Assembly (NCBI GenBank): GCA_964577555.1
Contig: CAZNZM010000006.1
Location: 2,979-34,978 of the forward strand
Length of the DNA: 32,000 nucleotides
Direction: 5' to 3'
DNA from: an uncultured archaeon
GTDB lineage: Archaea; Iainarchaeota; Iainarchaeia; Iainarchaeales; Iainarchaeaceae
A program made the translations under genes and the position numbers. This document shows positions 22,885-32,000 of the stretch, piece by piece (position 1 is the stretch's first letter; each line of letters starts with the position of its first letter). The notes beneath the pieces were generated by a model. The model made no database searches, had not been told where the DNA came from, and saw only the letters and a program-made list of their open reading frames with translations.

Positions 22885-24450
22885 TTAATTTTTCTTGTTT
22901 TCTTTATAGCTTTTTTTGGATATGTTGTTTTTTTCTTGCTTATTATTTAAAGCCGATGTTTTATTTTCTTTTATTTCCGTTTTTTTTCTAAAATCCATTT
23001 TTTTGCCTAAAATTAACGCCCACGCTGTTAAGCATGCAACCAGCACTATTATAAATAACAAAATTTCGTTTGCATAATTTTTTTTCTCTTCATCAATTGA
23101 AACATGAACCGAATAGTTTTCAGGTTTTGTCTCAACTTCTTGGTTTTTAGTTTCCGTGCTTTCATTAAGTTTCATAACAATTGAATGCTCGTTTGAGTTT
23201 CCAGCCATGTCTGTCGCAATTGCCTTTACTTCAATCAAACCATTTTTTGGCTCAGCCGAAAAATCAAGAGAATAAAAGATGTTTTGGCCGTTTTCTTCAG
23301 ACTCCACAAATTCCATGTTTCCTTTTGAAACGCCGTTTGCAAAAAGTTCAATTTTGTTTAATCCCAATCCAGCATCATAAGCATTTGCAACAACTTTTAT
23401 TTTTGCCGATTTTTCTCCGCTTTCTTTAATTGTTCCAAAAATTTTTATGTCCGGTTTTGCTGTATCAAATTCAAAATCCTTTTCGTAAGTACACTCGGTT
23501 CCATCAGGTTTTTTTACAAATAACACTAAGGTTCCTGTTCCATAAGAATTGATTGGAATATTATATTCTGCTTCCGTTTCTTTATTAAAAAACTTGTTTT
23601 CAAAAATTTTTTCAAGCTCTTTTTTTTGCATTGAAATGAAAAGCGTTGAATTTTCCACTGGAACGTCTGAAACAATTTTAAATTTCAAGGTGCCTGTATA
23701 TGTTGTTTGAGGTGTTGAGAATTCGATTTTTTCAACACAATTTTTTTTATCGTTCAAGAATTTTTTTATCGGGCTTATTACTCCATAGTTTCCTGCGTTG
23801 TCTATTGCTTGTATTCGGTAATAATAAGCTATTCCTTGCGTAAGTTTGTCAGTGTCAATGTAATTTGTTTCTTTTACTCCGAAAATTTTTTTTACTCCAA
23901 TATCAGTTGGACCGAACTCTTTTTTGTTTATGTATTGCTTGACACTCCTGTAAATATTGTATTCTTTTATCCCTGAAACGTCCTCCGGAGGCTTCCACAA
24001 TATAAGCACGCCTTCGTTGTTTTTTGAAAATGTTATATCTTGGACTTGTTCAGGCCCAGTCCTGTCAATCATTAATTTGTATGTTGAAGTCCCAAAACAA
24101 TTCTTTGTTTCGTTGCAAGCTTCCAAAATAAAATAATTTTCTCCCTCTGGCAAATTTTCAATTAAAACCGAATTAGTTTTTATGTTTGTCCACTTGTCTT
24201 CACCAGGTTTTTCAGATTTTGATATTTGATAACGGTAATATGTGGCTTCGGTTACCTTGTCCCAATTGAATTTTCCAGCAGTATTTCTGGTCCAAGCGTC
24301 TTGAGGGTTGGTATCTGAATAAATTTTTATTACAACATTTTCTGCTGTTGCAAAGACAAAAAAAGATTGAAAAATAATAAAACAAAAAAAAGCAATCACT
24401 AATTCTTTCCATTTTCTTGCAAGCATATTACCCAATTTGAAAAGGCACAA
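22885..24450 (-). CDS. Surface protein with FN3-like and Ig-like domains, an N-terminal signal/anchor, a C-terminal TM helix and a Lys-rich tail
   Basis: FN3-like segments (WKPPEDVSGIKEYNIYRS...GIAYYYRIQAIDNAGNYG) and an Ig-like segment (KIKVVANAYDAGLGLNKIELFANG...VKAIATDMAGNSNE). C-terminus is ILLFIIVLVACLTAWALILGKK plus a K/N-rich tail. The start may be the second Met (24426). Confidence 0.8.
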   Translation of the reverse strand: MCLFKLGNMLARKWKELVIAFFCFIIFQSFFVFATAENVVIKIYSDTNPQDAWTRNTAGKFNWDKVTEATYYRYQISKSEKPGEDKWTNIKTNSVLIENLPEGENYFILEACNETKNCFGTSTYKLMIDRTGPEQVQDITFSKNNEGVLILWKPPEDVSGIKEYNIYRSVKQYINKKEFGPTDIGVKKIFGVKETNYIDTDKLTQGIAYYYRIQAIDNAGNYGVISPIKKFLNDKKNCVEKIEFSTPQTTYTGTLKFKIVSDVPVENSTLFISMQKKELEKIFENKFFNKETEAEYNIPINSYGTGTLVLFVKKPDGTECTYEKDFEFDTAKPDIKIFGTIKESGEKSAKIKVVANAYDAGLGLNKIELFANGVSKGNMEFVESEENGQNIFYSLDFSAEPKNGLIEVKAIATDMAGNSNEHSIVMKLNESTETKNQEVETKPENYSVHVSIDEEKKNYANEILLFIIVLVACLTAWALILGKKMDFRKKTEIKENKTSALNNKQEKNNISKKSYKENKKN

Positions 24451-24522
24451 AACCCTTTTAAATGAATAATCTGAAAAAAAATCGTTTCAATAGTGGAATC
24501 CTGGATTTTCAATTTAAAAATT

Positions 24523-25245
24523 TTAATTCCTTTTTACAAGATACTTTTTTAACCCATTTTCTGCTTTTTCAAGCCTTTCGAAAGTATCTGTTGTAAACCA
24601 ATAACCTTTATGCATATACGCTGCAAGTTTCCTTTCCATTGCCAAGGAAGGGAAAGCATTTTTTTCAATCAAACTAAAGCCTTTAGGAATATAATTCAAA
24701 ACCTCTTTTTCAAGCAAATATGCCCCGGCATTCACCCAATTGCTAGGCGCGTTTTCTTTTAACGGTTTTTCAACAAATTCTGCTATTTTTTTTCCTTCAA
24801 GTTTTACCACTCCATAACTTGAAACGTCTTCGACTTGTACCAAGGCTATCGTGGCTTTTGCCTTCTCTTCAAAATGAGTTTTGTGCATTTCAATGAAGTC
24901 AAAATTTGCAATATTGTCCCCATTAATCATTATGAATCTGTCATCCAAAATTTTTTCCGCGCTTTTCAAGGCTCCACCGGTTCCAAGCGGTTCATTCTCC
25001 ACCGAATAAATTATTTTGACATTGAATTGTTCGCCGTTGCCGAAATAATCCTCTATTTTTCCATGCAAATAACCCGTAGCCAAAATAATTTCTTTCACTC
25101 CGTTATTTGCAAGCAATTCAATATTGTATTCCAATATTGGCTTCCCACAAACATTGACAAGAGGTTTTGGCAAATTGTTTGTCAAAGGCTTTAACCTTTC
25201 CCCGCGCCCCCCAGCCAAAACAAAAGCCTGCATTATTTTTTTCAT
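24523..25245 (-). CDS. Sugar-1-phosphate nucleotidylyltransferase (NTP_transferase family)
   Basis: N-terminus AFVLAGGRGERLKPLTNNLPKPLVNVCGKPILEYNIELL plus EPLGTGGAL and INGDNI motifs. Confidence 0.85.
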   Translation of the reverse strand: MKKIMQAFVLAGGRGERLKPLTNNLPKPLVNVCGKPILEYNIELLANNGVKEIILATGYLHGKIEDYFGNGEQFNVKIIYSVENEPLGTGGALKSAEKILDDRFIMINGDNIANFDFIEMHKTHFEEKAKATIALVQVEDVSSYGVVKLEGKKIAEFVEKPLKENAPSNWVNAGAYLLEKEVLNYIPKGFSLIEKNAFPSLAMERKLAAYMHKGYWFTTDTFERLEKAENGLKKYLVKRN

Positions 25246-25487
25246 ATAAATCTGCTAACAAGATTTATTTTTTTTTCAAATACGACAAAATATAAAAAAT
25301 ATAAAACTCTTTCAATACTACTGCTCAAACAAAAAATAATTTTTCCACGCATTTATTTATTGCTTCTACTTTACTTAATAAAAACTTATTGAAAAACCAT
25401 TTCCCATCACACCAATCCATTTATATAAACCAACTAAACTCATTATTTAATTGAAAGCATTTTTTTTCTATTTCAAAGGTCTTTCAA

Positions 25488-26771
25488 ATGAAAATTTCTA
25501 TTATAGGCACCGGTTATGTGGGGCTTGTTGCAGGAGCCTGTTTTGCCGATTTAGGCAACAAAGTTATTTGCGTTGACATAGACTATGAAAAAATCAAATC
25601 ACTGCAAAACGGCATTATGCCTATTTTTGAACCAGGCCTTGAAGAAATGGTTAAAAGAAACGTTTCTGAAAACAGGCTTTCGTTTACAACCAACCTTTCA
25701 GAAGCAGTTAAACAATCTGAAATAGTATTTATTGCAGTAGGCACGCCTGAAAAAGGAGACGGCAGCGTTGACATGCAATATGTTATCAAAGCCGCTGAGG
25801 AAATCGGAAAGGCGGCCAATGGTCCTTTAATTGTTGTTGATAAAAGTACAGTACCTGTTGGCACTTCAACCCAAGTAGAACAAATAATAAGTAAAAACAC
25901 AAAGCACAAAGTTTCAGTTGTCTCTAACCCGGAATTTTTAAGAGAAGGCTCCGCTATAAATGATTTTTTCAAGCCAGACAGAATAATAATAGGTTCAAAA
26001 GATGAAAAAGCCGCAAAAACAATTTCAGAACTCTACAAGCCATTGGACACTGAAATGCTCATTACAACCCCAGAAAGCGCCGAATTAATAAAATACGCTT
26101 CAAATTCATTTCTTGCTACAAAAATTTCTTTCATAAACGAAATTGCAGCTATTTGCGAAATAGTAGGGGCTGATGTAACAGAAGTAGCAAAAGGAATGGG
26201 GCTTGACAAAAGAATAGGAAAACATTTCCTCAACGCAGGCGCAGGTTATGGCGGATCGTGTTTTCCAAAAGATGTAAGCGCACTTAAAAAAACCGCGGAA
26301 AAACTCGGTTACAACTTCAAAATACTTGAAGCAGTAGAAACGGTAAATGAAAATCAAAAAAAATTGCCTGTAAAAAAACTGAAAAAAGAAATACCTGATT
26401 TGAAAGGCAAAAAAATAACGATTTTTGGGTTGGCATTCAAGCCAAACACCGATGATATGCGAGAAGCAAGCTCCATAGTAATAATAAAAGATTTGCTTGC
26501 GGAAAAAGCAGAAGTCGTTGCAGTTGACCCTATAGCCGAAAAAAACGCCAAAAAAATTTTTCAAAACATAACTTTCTCCAAAGACCCTTATACAGCTGCA
26601 GAAAACTCCCATGCAATTATTCTTATAACAGAATGGCGCGAATTTCTCGAATTAGATTACAAAAAAATAAGCCAAAAAATGAAATCCAAAATAATAATTG
26701 ACGCCAGAAATGCACTTGACAAAGAAAAACTAAAATCTTTGGGATTCAAATATATTGGCGTAGGAAGATAA
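25488..26771 (+). CDS. ugd: UDP-glucose 6-dehydrogenase
   Basis: N-terminal Rossmann MKISIIGTGYVGLVAGACFADLGNKVICVDID, NPEFLREGSAI, the catalytic-Cys motif GYGGSCFPKDV, and GLAFKPNTDDMRE. Confidence 0.92.
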   Translation: MKISIIGTGYVGLVAGACFADLGNKVICVDIDYEKIKSLQNGIMPIFEPGLEEMVKRNVSENRLSFTTNLSEAVKQSEIVFIAVGTPEKGDGSVDMQYVIKAAEEIGKAANGPLIVVDKSTVPVGTSTQVEQIISKNTKHKVSVVSNPEFLREGSAINDFFKPDRIIIGSKDEKAAKTISELYKPLDTEMLITTPESAELIKYASNSFLATKISFINEIAAICEIVGADVTEVAKGMGLDKRIGKHFLNAGAGYGGSCFPKDVSALKKTAEKLGYNFKILEAVETVNENQKKLPVKKLKKEIPDLKGKKITIFGLAFKPNTDDMREASSIVIIKDLLAEKAEVVAVDPIAEKNAKKIFQNITFSKDPYTAAENSHAIILITEWREFLELDYKKISQKMKSKIIIDARNALDKEKLKSLGFKYIGVGR

Positions 26772-26772
26772 A

Positions 26773-27516
26773 ATGAAAGCGATTATACTTGCCGCAGGAT
26801 ATGCTACAAGGCTTTGGCCCCTCACAAAAAACACGCCAAAACCATTGCTTGACATAAAAGGCAAGCCTATAATAGAATACATAATAAATCACATTCTTGA
26901 AATTCCGGAAATAAATGAAATAATTGTAGTAACAAACGAAAAATTTTCCCTTACATTTGAACAGTGGGCCGATGGCTTCAAATGTAAAATACCAATAACC
27001 ATAATCAACGACATGACTACTTCAAATGACGACCGCTTAGGCGCTGTAGGAGACATGCACTACGCCATCAAAGAAAAAAAAATTGACGAAGAAATACTTG
27101 TCATAGCAGGAGACAATCTTTTTGAATACAAACTCTCAGGCTTTTACAATTATTACAAAAAAATAAAATTTTCCGCAGTGGCTTGCAGAGACATGGGTTC
27201 AAAAGAAGAAGTAGCCGGAAAATTTGGAATAGTTGAAATAGACCAAAAAGGCAAAATAACAAATTTTGAAGAAAAACCACAAAACCCAAAAACGACACTG
27301 GCTTCAACAGCATGCTACATTTTCACCAAAGAAGACGTAAAAGAGATACAATCGTTCATTGAAGCCGGAAACCCGCCAGACAATTCAGGGGACTTCATAA
27401 AATGGCTGTCGCGCCACAAACCAGTATACGCTTGGATATTCAAAGAAAAATGGTATGACATAGGAACATTCGAAAGCCTTGGAAAGGCAAGAATTGAGTT
27501 TTTGCAAAACAGATAG
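26773..27516 (+). CDS. Sugar-1-phosphate nucleotidylyltransferase (second NTP_transferase paralogue)
   Basis: N-terminus MKAIILAAGYATRLWPLTKNTPKPLLDIKGKPIIEYI. It starts 2 nt after the ugd stop. Confidence 0.85.
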   Translation: MKAIILAAGYATRLWPLTKNTPKPLLDIKGKPIIEYIINHILEIPEINEIIVVTNEKFSLTFEQWADGFKCKIPITIINDMTTSNDDRLGAVGDMHYAIKEKKIDEEILVIAGDNLFEYKLSGFYNYYKKIKFSAVACRDMGSKEEVAGKFGIVEIDQKGKITNFEEKPQNPKTTLASTACYIFTKEDVKEIQSFIEAGNPPDNSGDFIKWLSRHKPVYAWIFKEKWYDIGTFESLGKARIEFLQNR

Positions 27517-27528
27517 AGAGTTGGTGGC

Positions 27529-28227
27529 TTGAAAAGCATCTCGATAATTATTCCAGCATACAACGAAGAAAAGAGGATAAGTTCCACATTGAATAGTTAT
27601 CTGGAATTTTTGTCGCCAAAAAAAATCAAATATGAAATAATTGTTGTAGCAAACAATTGCTCTGACAAAACAGTTGAAATTGCTAAAAAATTTCAAAAGA
27701 AAAACAAAAACGTGAAAGTAATGGATTTGCCATATTATACTGGCAAAGGTGGCGCGGTTATTGAAGGCTTTAAAAAAGCCAAAAACGAAATAATATGCTT
27801 TGCCGATGCCGACAATTCGACAAAACCAAGCCAAATATTAATGCTTGCAACAATGATTGGAAAATATGACGCGGTCATAGGTTCAAGAGCCATGCCGGAC
27901 TCAAAAATAATTAATCCACAACCAATGTTCAGGGTTTTTCTTGGCAAATGCTTCAGCATACTTACTAACACTTTGTTTGGTTTTGGCATAATAGACACGC
28001 AATGCGGAGCAAAAGCATTTTCAAAAAAAGCAGTTAATCTCATATTGCAACACAAAATTTCAAAAGGCTTTGAGTTTGACGTTCAAATTCTTTGGATTAT
28101 GAAAAAAGCAGGTCTTCAAATGATTGAAAAAGGAATCGAATGGGAAAATAATCCAGATTCCAAAGTGGGATTTTTAGACCCATTAAAGATGTTTTTCAGC
28201 ATTATAAAACTCAGATTAGGCTTGTGA
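27529..28227 (+). CDS. Family 2 glycosyltransferase (dolichyl-phosphate sugar synthase-like)
   Basis: ISIIIPAYNEEKRI, FADADNS (DxD), and GSRA...QCGAKAF. The apparent start is TTG at 27529. Confidence 0.8.
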   Translation: MKSISIIIPAYNEEKRISSTLNSYLEFLSPKKIKYEIIVVANNCSDKTVEIAKKFQKKNKNVKVMDLPYYTGKGGAVIEGFKKAKNEIICFADADNSTKPSQILMLATMIGKYDAVIGSRAMPDSKIINPQPMFRVFLGKCFSILTNTLFGFGIIDTQCGAKAFSKKAVNLILQHKISKGFEFDVQILWIMKKAGLQMIEKGIEWENNPDSKVGFLDPLKMFFSIIKLRLGL

Positions 28228-28263
28228 TTCCAATTAAAAATTCTATTTTTCCTTATTGATTAA

Positions 28264-28920
28264 ATGCAAAAAAAACAAGTTGATATAGATTACTCGTATT
28301 TTGACGCAGATTTTCATGACGACATGCTTAAATCAAAAAACCCTGTCAGAAAATGGTTTCACACCAATAAAAACAAAATTCTTTCAGAAACCGTAATGAA
28401 ATATTACAAAAACGGAGATAAAATAGTTGATTTGGGTTGTGGCACAGTAAATTGGAATTTGCATAAACTCCCTGTTTATGGTGTTGACTTGAATTTGAAA
28501 ATGCTTCAAAAAGCAAAAAAAGCAGGAAAGCTTTATGCATATTCTTGTTCTCCTGTGGAAAAGACAATTTTTGACGACAATTCAGTAAATATTGTTGTTA
28601 TTTCTGAAGTGCTTGAACACTTGGAAAATTATCGAGAAGCCATAAAAGAAATAAAAAGGATACTTGTAAAAGGCGGTGTTTGCATTTCAACCGTGCCTTA
28701 CGACACTTTTTTTAGCATGTGGAAACCGCTATTTGCATTACAATGCTTTGTCCATGGAACCATGCTTGGCAACGAATATTTCAAAAACGAAGCAGGGCAT
28801 ATAAACCATTTTTCACCCAAATCAATAGCTAACGTTTTTCAATCCGAAGGTTTTGAAATAATTTCGCAATTTGACATGTCAAGATTCACAATTTTCACTG
28901 TTGCGAGGAAGATAACTTGA
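28264..28920 (+). CDS. Class I SAM-dependent methyltransferase
   Basis: Motif I IVDLGCGTVNW, with later VVISEVLEHL and LVKGGVCISTVP. Confidence 0.8.
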   Translation: MQKKQVDIDYSYFDADFHDDMLKSKNPVRKWFHTNKNKILSETVMKYYKNGDKIVDLGCGTVNWNLHKLPVYGVDLNLKMLQKAKKAGKLYAYSCSPVEKTIFDDNSVNIVVISEVLEHLENYREAIKEIKRILVKGGVCISTVPYDTFFSMWKPLFALQCFVHGTMLGNEYFKNEAGHINHFSPKSIANVFQSEGFEIISQFDMSRFTIFTVARKIT

Positions 28921-30521
28921 ACAACTTTATAGAAAAACTATTTTTTGGCTTCATTATATGGTGTTCTCTTATAATTTGCATAAGTCTTTTTATTGGTCAA
29001 TTCTCTTTAATGCCAATCATAGTAATCCCGATTTCTGGAATTATTTCTTATTTTTTACTAAAAAAATTCCCAATACACGTAAAATTCTCCTTTCTTGCTC
29101 TGTTTTTTTCTTTCATAATGTTTTTACTAGTAGCCTATCCATTAATTTTTATTCATCCTTATTTTCCAGCAAGTTCTGATGTACTTCACGTAACAAACAC
29201 CAGAATATTAAACGACAAAATTCCATTTACATACGCACCATATTCAGACATAAGATTCACATACCAAATAGGCTTTGCACTTTTATCAAATGCATTCGCC
29301 GAAGTGCTTGGCTTTATTCCAGATTATTTGATAATATGGTTTTTAGGAGTCTTGTTTTCTGCTTCAATAATATTATTGGTTTATGTTTATGTAAAAGAAA
29401 TCAGCAACAACGAACAAGTGGCTTTGCTTTCAGTTGTGCTTGTCTTTGGCTCTAAATTCGTTTTTCAGAATTTTTATTACGGGGTTTTTCCATTTGTAAC
29501 GAGTTTTGCCATGATGTTTGCAACACTGCTTTTTTTCGAGAAAAAAAATCCTTTAACTTTTCTTTTTTTTCCAACAACCTTGATTTTGCACCCTTTTACC
29601 GGAACAATATTAACATTTTTTTTAGTTCTAAAATTTTTCTTTTTTCCAGACAGAAAATTCAGTTTTTTTGCATTATTATCCGGCTTGGTAGCTTTTCCAG
29701 CATTTTTAAGAACTTATGCTGTTGTTTTTTCAAATGCACCAAGTCAATTGTTGCATTTCAACATTAACGAATCTATGAGAGTTGTTTCCACCTTGCCATT
29801 TTGGTTAGGCCCAATCCCTCTTTTGTTCTTTATTTTATCAGCAATATTTGCAATTAAAAAAAATTGGAAAAACCTGCTATTTGTTTATTCGATTATGCTT
29901 TTTATTGGCTTTATTTTATTTTCAGGATTAAGTTTGCAACACAATGACAAATTTTTTATACTTTTCAGCATATTTGCAGTGCTTTACTCCGGCTTTTTCT
30001 TTTCAACTTCCGAGTGGAACAATTTTTACAACTCCAGCCTTAAAAAAATTCCTTTTTTGGCAATTATTTTTTTGATTTTTGCAATTTCTCTCGCAACGTT
30101 TTTTCTTTCTGGAGATTTGGCTAATGCAAGGTCTGGTTCAAAAGCCACTATATCAGAATTCCAGTTTGCCAAAAAGTTTTACGAATTTGACCCACAACTT
30201 TCAACCGCTGTCATAGTCTCCAAAGGCGCAGGATGGATTGCCGCTATTTCAAATAAAATACCTTATGACGCCCGTTCAAATCATTTTATACCAGATTCAG
30301 AAATACAAGTAGCTCAAAATGATGCTTGGAACGAAGTAATAAAAAGAAATTCAATACAGAAAAAAATACAAGAAGGTTGCATAAAATGCATTGCAGAAAC
30401 AAACGCAAAATATCTTGTTGTCAATCGCTCCCAATACGATTTAGCTTTGCCTTACAAACCGATTTTTGAATACAACGAATTTTCGGTTTTTTTAATTTCT
30501 GATTTAACAAGCCAAACGTGA
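28917..30521 (+). CDS. Large polytopic membrane protein, possibly a GT-C-type glycosyltransferase or glycan polymerase
   Basis: 534 aa with about 11-13 hydrophobic segments followed by a ~140-aa soluble C-terminal domain. It is embedded in the glycosylation cluster. No WWDxG (AglB) motif is seen. The apparent TTG start overlaps the upstream TGA, and the true start is uncertain. Confidence 0.6.
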   Translation: MNNFIEKLFFGFIIWCSLIICISLFIGQFSLMPIIVIPISGIISYFLLKKFPIHVKFSFLALFFSFIMFLLVAYPLIFIHPYFPASSDVLHVTNTRILNDKIPFTYAPYSDIRFTYQIGFALLSNAFAEVLGFIPDYLIIWFLGVLFSASIILLVYVYVKEISNNEQVALLSVVLVFGSKFVFQNFYYGVFPFVTSFAMMFATLLFFEKKNPLTFLFFPTTLILHPFTGTILTFFLVLKFFFFPDRKFSFFALLSGLVAFPAFLRTYAVVFSNAPSQLLHFNINESMRVVSTLPFWLGPIPLLFFILSAIFAIKKNWKNLLFVYSIMLFIGFILFSGLSLQHNDKFFILFSIFAVLYSGFFFSTSEWNNFYNSSLKKIPFLAIIFLIFAISLATFFLSGDLANARSGSKATISEFQFAKKFYEFDPQLSTAVIVSKGAGWIAAISNKIPYDARSNHFIPDSEIQVAQNDAWNEVIKRNSIQKKIQEGCIKCIAETNAKYLVVNRSQYDLALPYKPIFEYNEFSVFLISDLTSQT

Positions 30522-30688
30522 ATCAAGCATATGCCAAAAATTCAATTCAAATAATTGGTGGTTGACAATATAATATAAACATTCAAAAAAATTTTGCAAA
30601 TGCTCTTTTTGATAACCAAACCAAAACAATGTTTTTTTGTTTGCCTTTTATGGTAATATTTTTATTATGATAAAATGGTGTTATTAAC

Positions 30689-31630
30689 ATGAAATTGGTA
30701 GTAACAATACCAGCGTATAATGAAGAAAAGACAATTGCCGCAGTAATAAGCGAAATACCAAAAAAAATCAAAGGGATTGATTCAGTAGACATAATAGTAG
30801 TTGATGATGGCTCTGAAGACAATACCAGTGCTGTTGCAATAAAGGCTGGTGCAAAAGTAATAAGGAATGCGCACAACTGTGGTCTTGCATATACTTTTTC
30901 AAAAGGATTAAGATATGCGCTTGAATTGGGAGCCGACATAATAGTCAATACTGATGCTGATATGCAATATAATCAAAAACAAATTCCTTGTTTGGTACAA
31001 CCAATACTTGACGGAAAAGCCGACATAGTTTTGGGTTCAAGGTTCAAAGGCACAATAGAGTACATGCCGATTCAAAAATATTTGGGCAATAAAATAGTTT
31101 CAAAATTAATGAGTTTTTTGACAGGAGAAAATATAACCGATTCACAAACAGGGTTCAGGGCTTTTTCAAAAGAAGCCGCACTCAGAATAAATGTCTTTTC
31201 AAACTTTACTTACACCCAGGAAACAATACTTGAAGCCGTAGAAAAAAAATTGGCTATTGTGGAAGTCCCGGTTGATTTTAGAAAAAGAAACGGCAAATCA
31301 AGGCTTATATCAAACATATTCGACTATGCGTATCGTGCAGGCTCAACAATATTAACAACTTATTTGAATTATAAACCATTGAAAATATTCTTTTTTATAG
31401 GCGGATTCCTTATTTTTATAGGCTTGATTTTCGGAACAAGAATTTTAGTTCATTTCATTTCAACAGGTATGGTGGCTCCATACGTGCCAAGCGCAATTTT
31501 ATCGGCTCTCTTCCTAATAATAGGATTCCAAATAATGATAATAGGCATGATTGCCGAACTGATTAAAAGAAACAGGTTGGTCCAAGAAGAATTGCTCTAT
31601 GAACAAAGAAAAGAAAGACTTGACAAATAA
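30689..31630 (+). CDS. Family 2 glycosyltransferase with C-terminal TM helices (dolichol-phosphate mannosyl/glucosyl-transferase-like)
   Basis: VVTIPAYNEEKTI, VVDDGSEDNT, NTDADMQY, GSRF...TDSQTGFRAF, and two C-terminal TM helices. Confidence 0.85.
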   Translation: MKLVVTIPAYNEEKTIAAVISEIPKKIKGIDSVDIIVVDDGSEDNTSAVAIKAGAKVIRNAHNCGLAYTFSKGLRYALELGADIIVNTDADMQYNQKQIPCLVQPILDGKADIVLGSRFKGTIEYMPIQKYLGNKIVSKLMSFLTGENITDSQTGFRAFSKEAALRINVFSNFTYTQETILEAVEKKLAIVEVPVDFRKRNGKSRLISNIFDYAYRAGSTILTTYLNYKPLKIFFFIGGFLIFIGLIFGTRILVHFISTGMVAPYVPSAILSALFLIIGFQIMIIGMIAELIKRNRLVQEELLYEQRKERLDK

Positions 31631-31639
31631 GTGTGCACC

Positions 31640-32000
31640 ATGAAAATACAAAATTGGCTTTTAATTATTTTAAGCATTGCCTTGCTTTTAATAATATTTT
31701 CAAATATCAACATCAAAAAAGTTTTTGCTGTTATTTCAAACATAGATTACAATTTGTATTTTTTGTATTTAGCAATTCTTTGTCTAATGATAATGGTAAA
31801 AGCCTTTAAATGGAAACTAATTTTGAATTCAATGGGCGCTGATATAAAGCTATTAGATTCATTCAGGGCAATTCTTGCAGGACTTTTTTTCAGCAACGTC
31901 ACGCCAGGCAAAATAGGCGATTTTTTCAGGGCAATGTATGTTAATGAAGGCAAGACAAATTCTCTAGGTTTGGCTTCGGTTTTTTTGGACAGGCTTTTTG
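31640..32000 (+). CDS. Flippase-like / lysylphosphatidylglycerol-synthase-TM-family membrane protein; 5' partial that runs off the window
   Basis: My own translation from the ATG at 31640 is MKIQNWLLIILSIALLLIIFSNINIKKVFAVISNIDYNLYFLYLAILCLMIMVKAFKWKLILNSMGADIKLLDSFRAILAGLFFSNVTPGKIGDFFRAMYV... The frame is open to the window end. It is absent from the ORF track because no stop falls in the window. Confidence 0.7.
   Translation, partial: MKIQNWLLIILSIALLLIIFSNINIKKVFAVISNIDYNLYFLYLAILCLMIMVKAFKWKLILNSMGADIKLLDSFRAILAGLFFSNVTPGKIGDFFRAMYVNEGKTNSLGLASVFLDRLF

Noticed and set aside
25583-26612. Minus-strand ORFs inside ugd (25583..25972, 26033..26233, 26106..26612, 26354..26551)
   Set aside because: They are antisense to a UDP-glucose dehydrogenase gene with unmistakable motifs.
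30583-30948. 121-aa minus-strand ORF
   Set aside because: It overlaps the 5' end of the GT2 gene (30689..31630), which carries the PAYNEE, DDGS and DAD motifs.

Overview
The window is AT-rich (about 30% G+C by eye, not computed) and looks archaeal. It is densely coded, with many overlapping or abutting start/stop junctions. Archaeal markers are a geranylgeranyl-reductase-family flavoprotein, a Y-family Dpo4/DinB polymerase, a PAC2-type proteasome-assembly chaperone, class-III (prepilin-like) signal peptides, a FlaI/PilB-type secretion ATPase, and an intron-containing tRNA-Gln that starts AGCCCCG. The many orphan secreted or membrane proteins fit a small-genome DPANN-like archaeon, but this is inference and no database search was possible. 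The gene content falls into three parts. (1) Positions 1-19 kb are mostly cell-surface genes: a four-gene pilin-like operon, a membrane-anchored K/E-rich protein coupled to a zinc-ribbon protein, a 1507-aa orphan secreted protein, a Cys-repeat secreted protein, and a type IV pilus assembly operon with a split platform. (2) Positions 19-22.6 kb are housekeeping genes: tRNA-Gln, Dpo4 and the geranylgeranyl reductase. (3) Positions 22.9-32 kb hold an FN3/Ig-like surface protein followed by a sugar-activation and glycosyltransferase cluster. The most unusual feature is non-coding. Six intergenic regions (1-640, 3241-3625, 6655-6985, 15284-15403, 19111-19308, 22640-22880) are filled with arrays of T runs of about 8 nt, punctuated by recurring short words such as GAGCCA, GCGAGCCA, AGACAA and AATAG. 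They share a conserved core of 60-115 bp. All six are T-rich on the + strand regardless of flanking gene orientation, and they bracket the surface-gene modules. No CRISPR array, rRNA, transposase or integrase is visible. All product calls rest on motifs I recognise in the supplied translations, not on searches.
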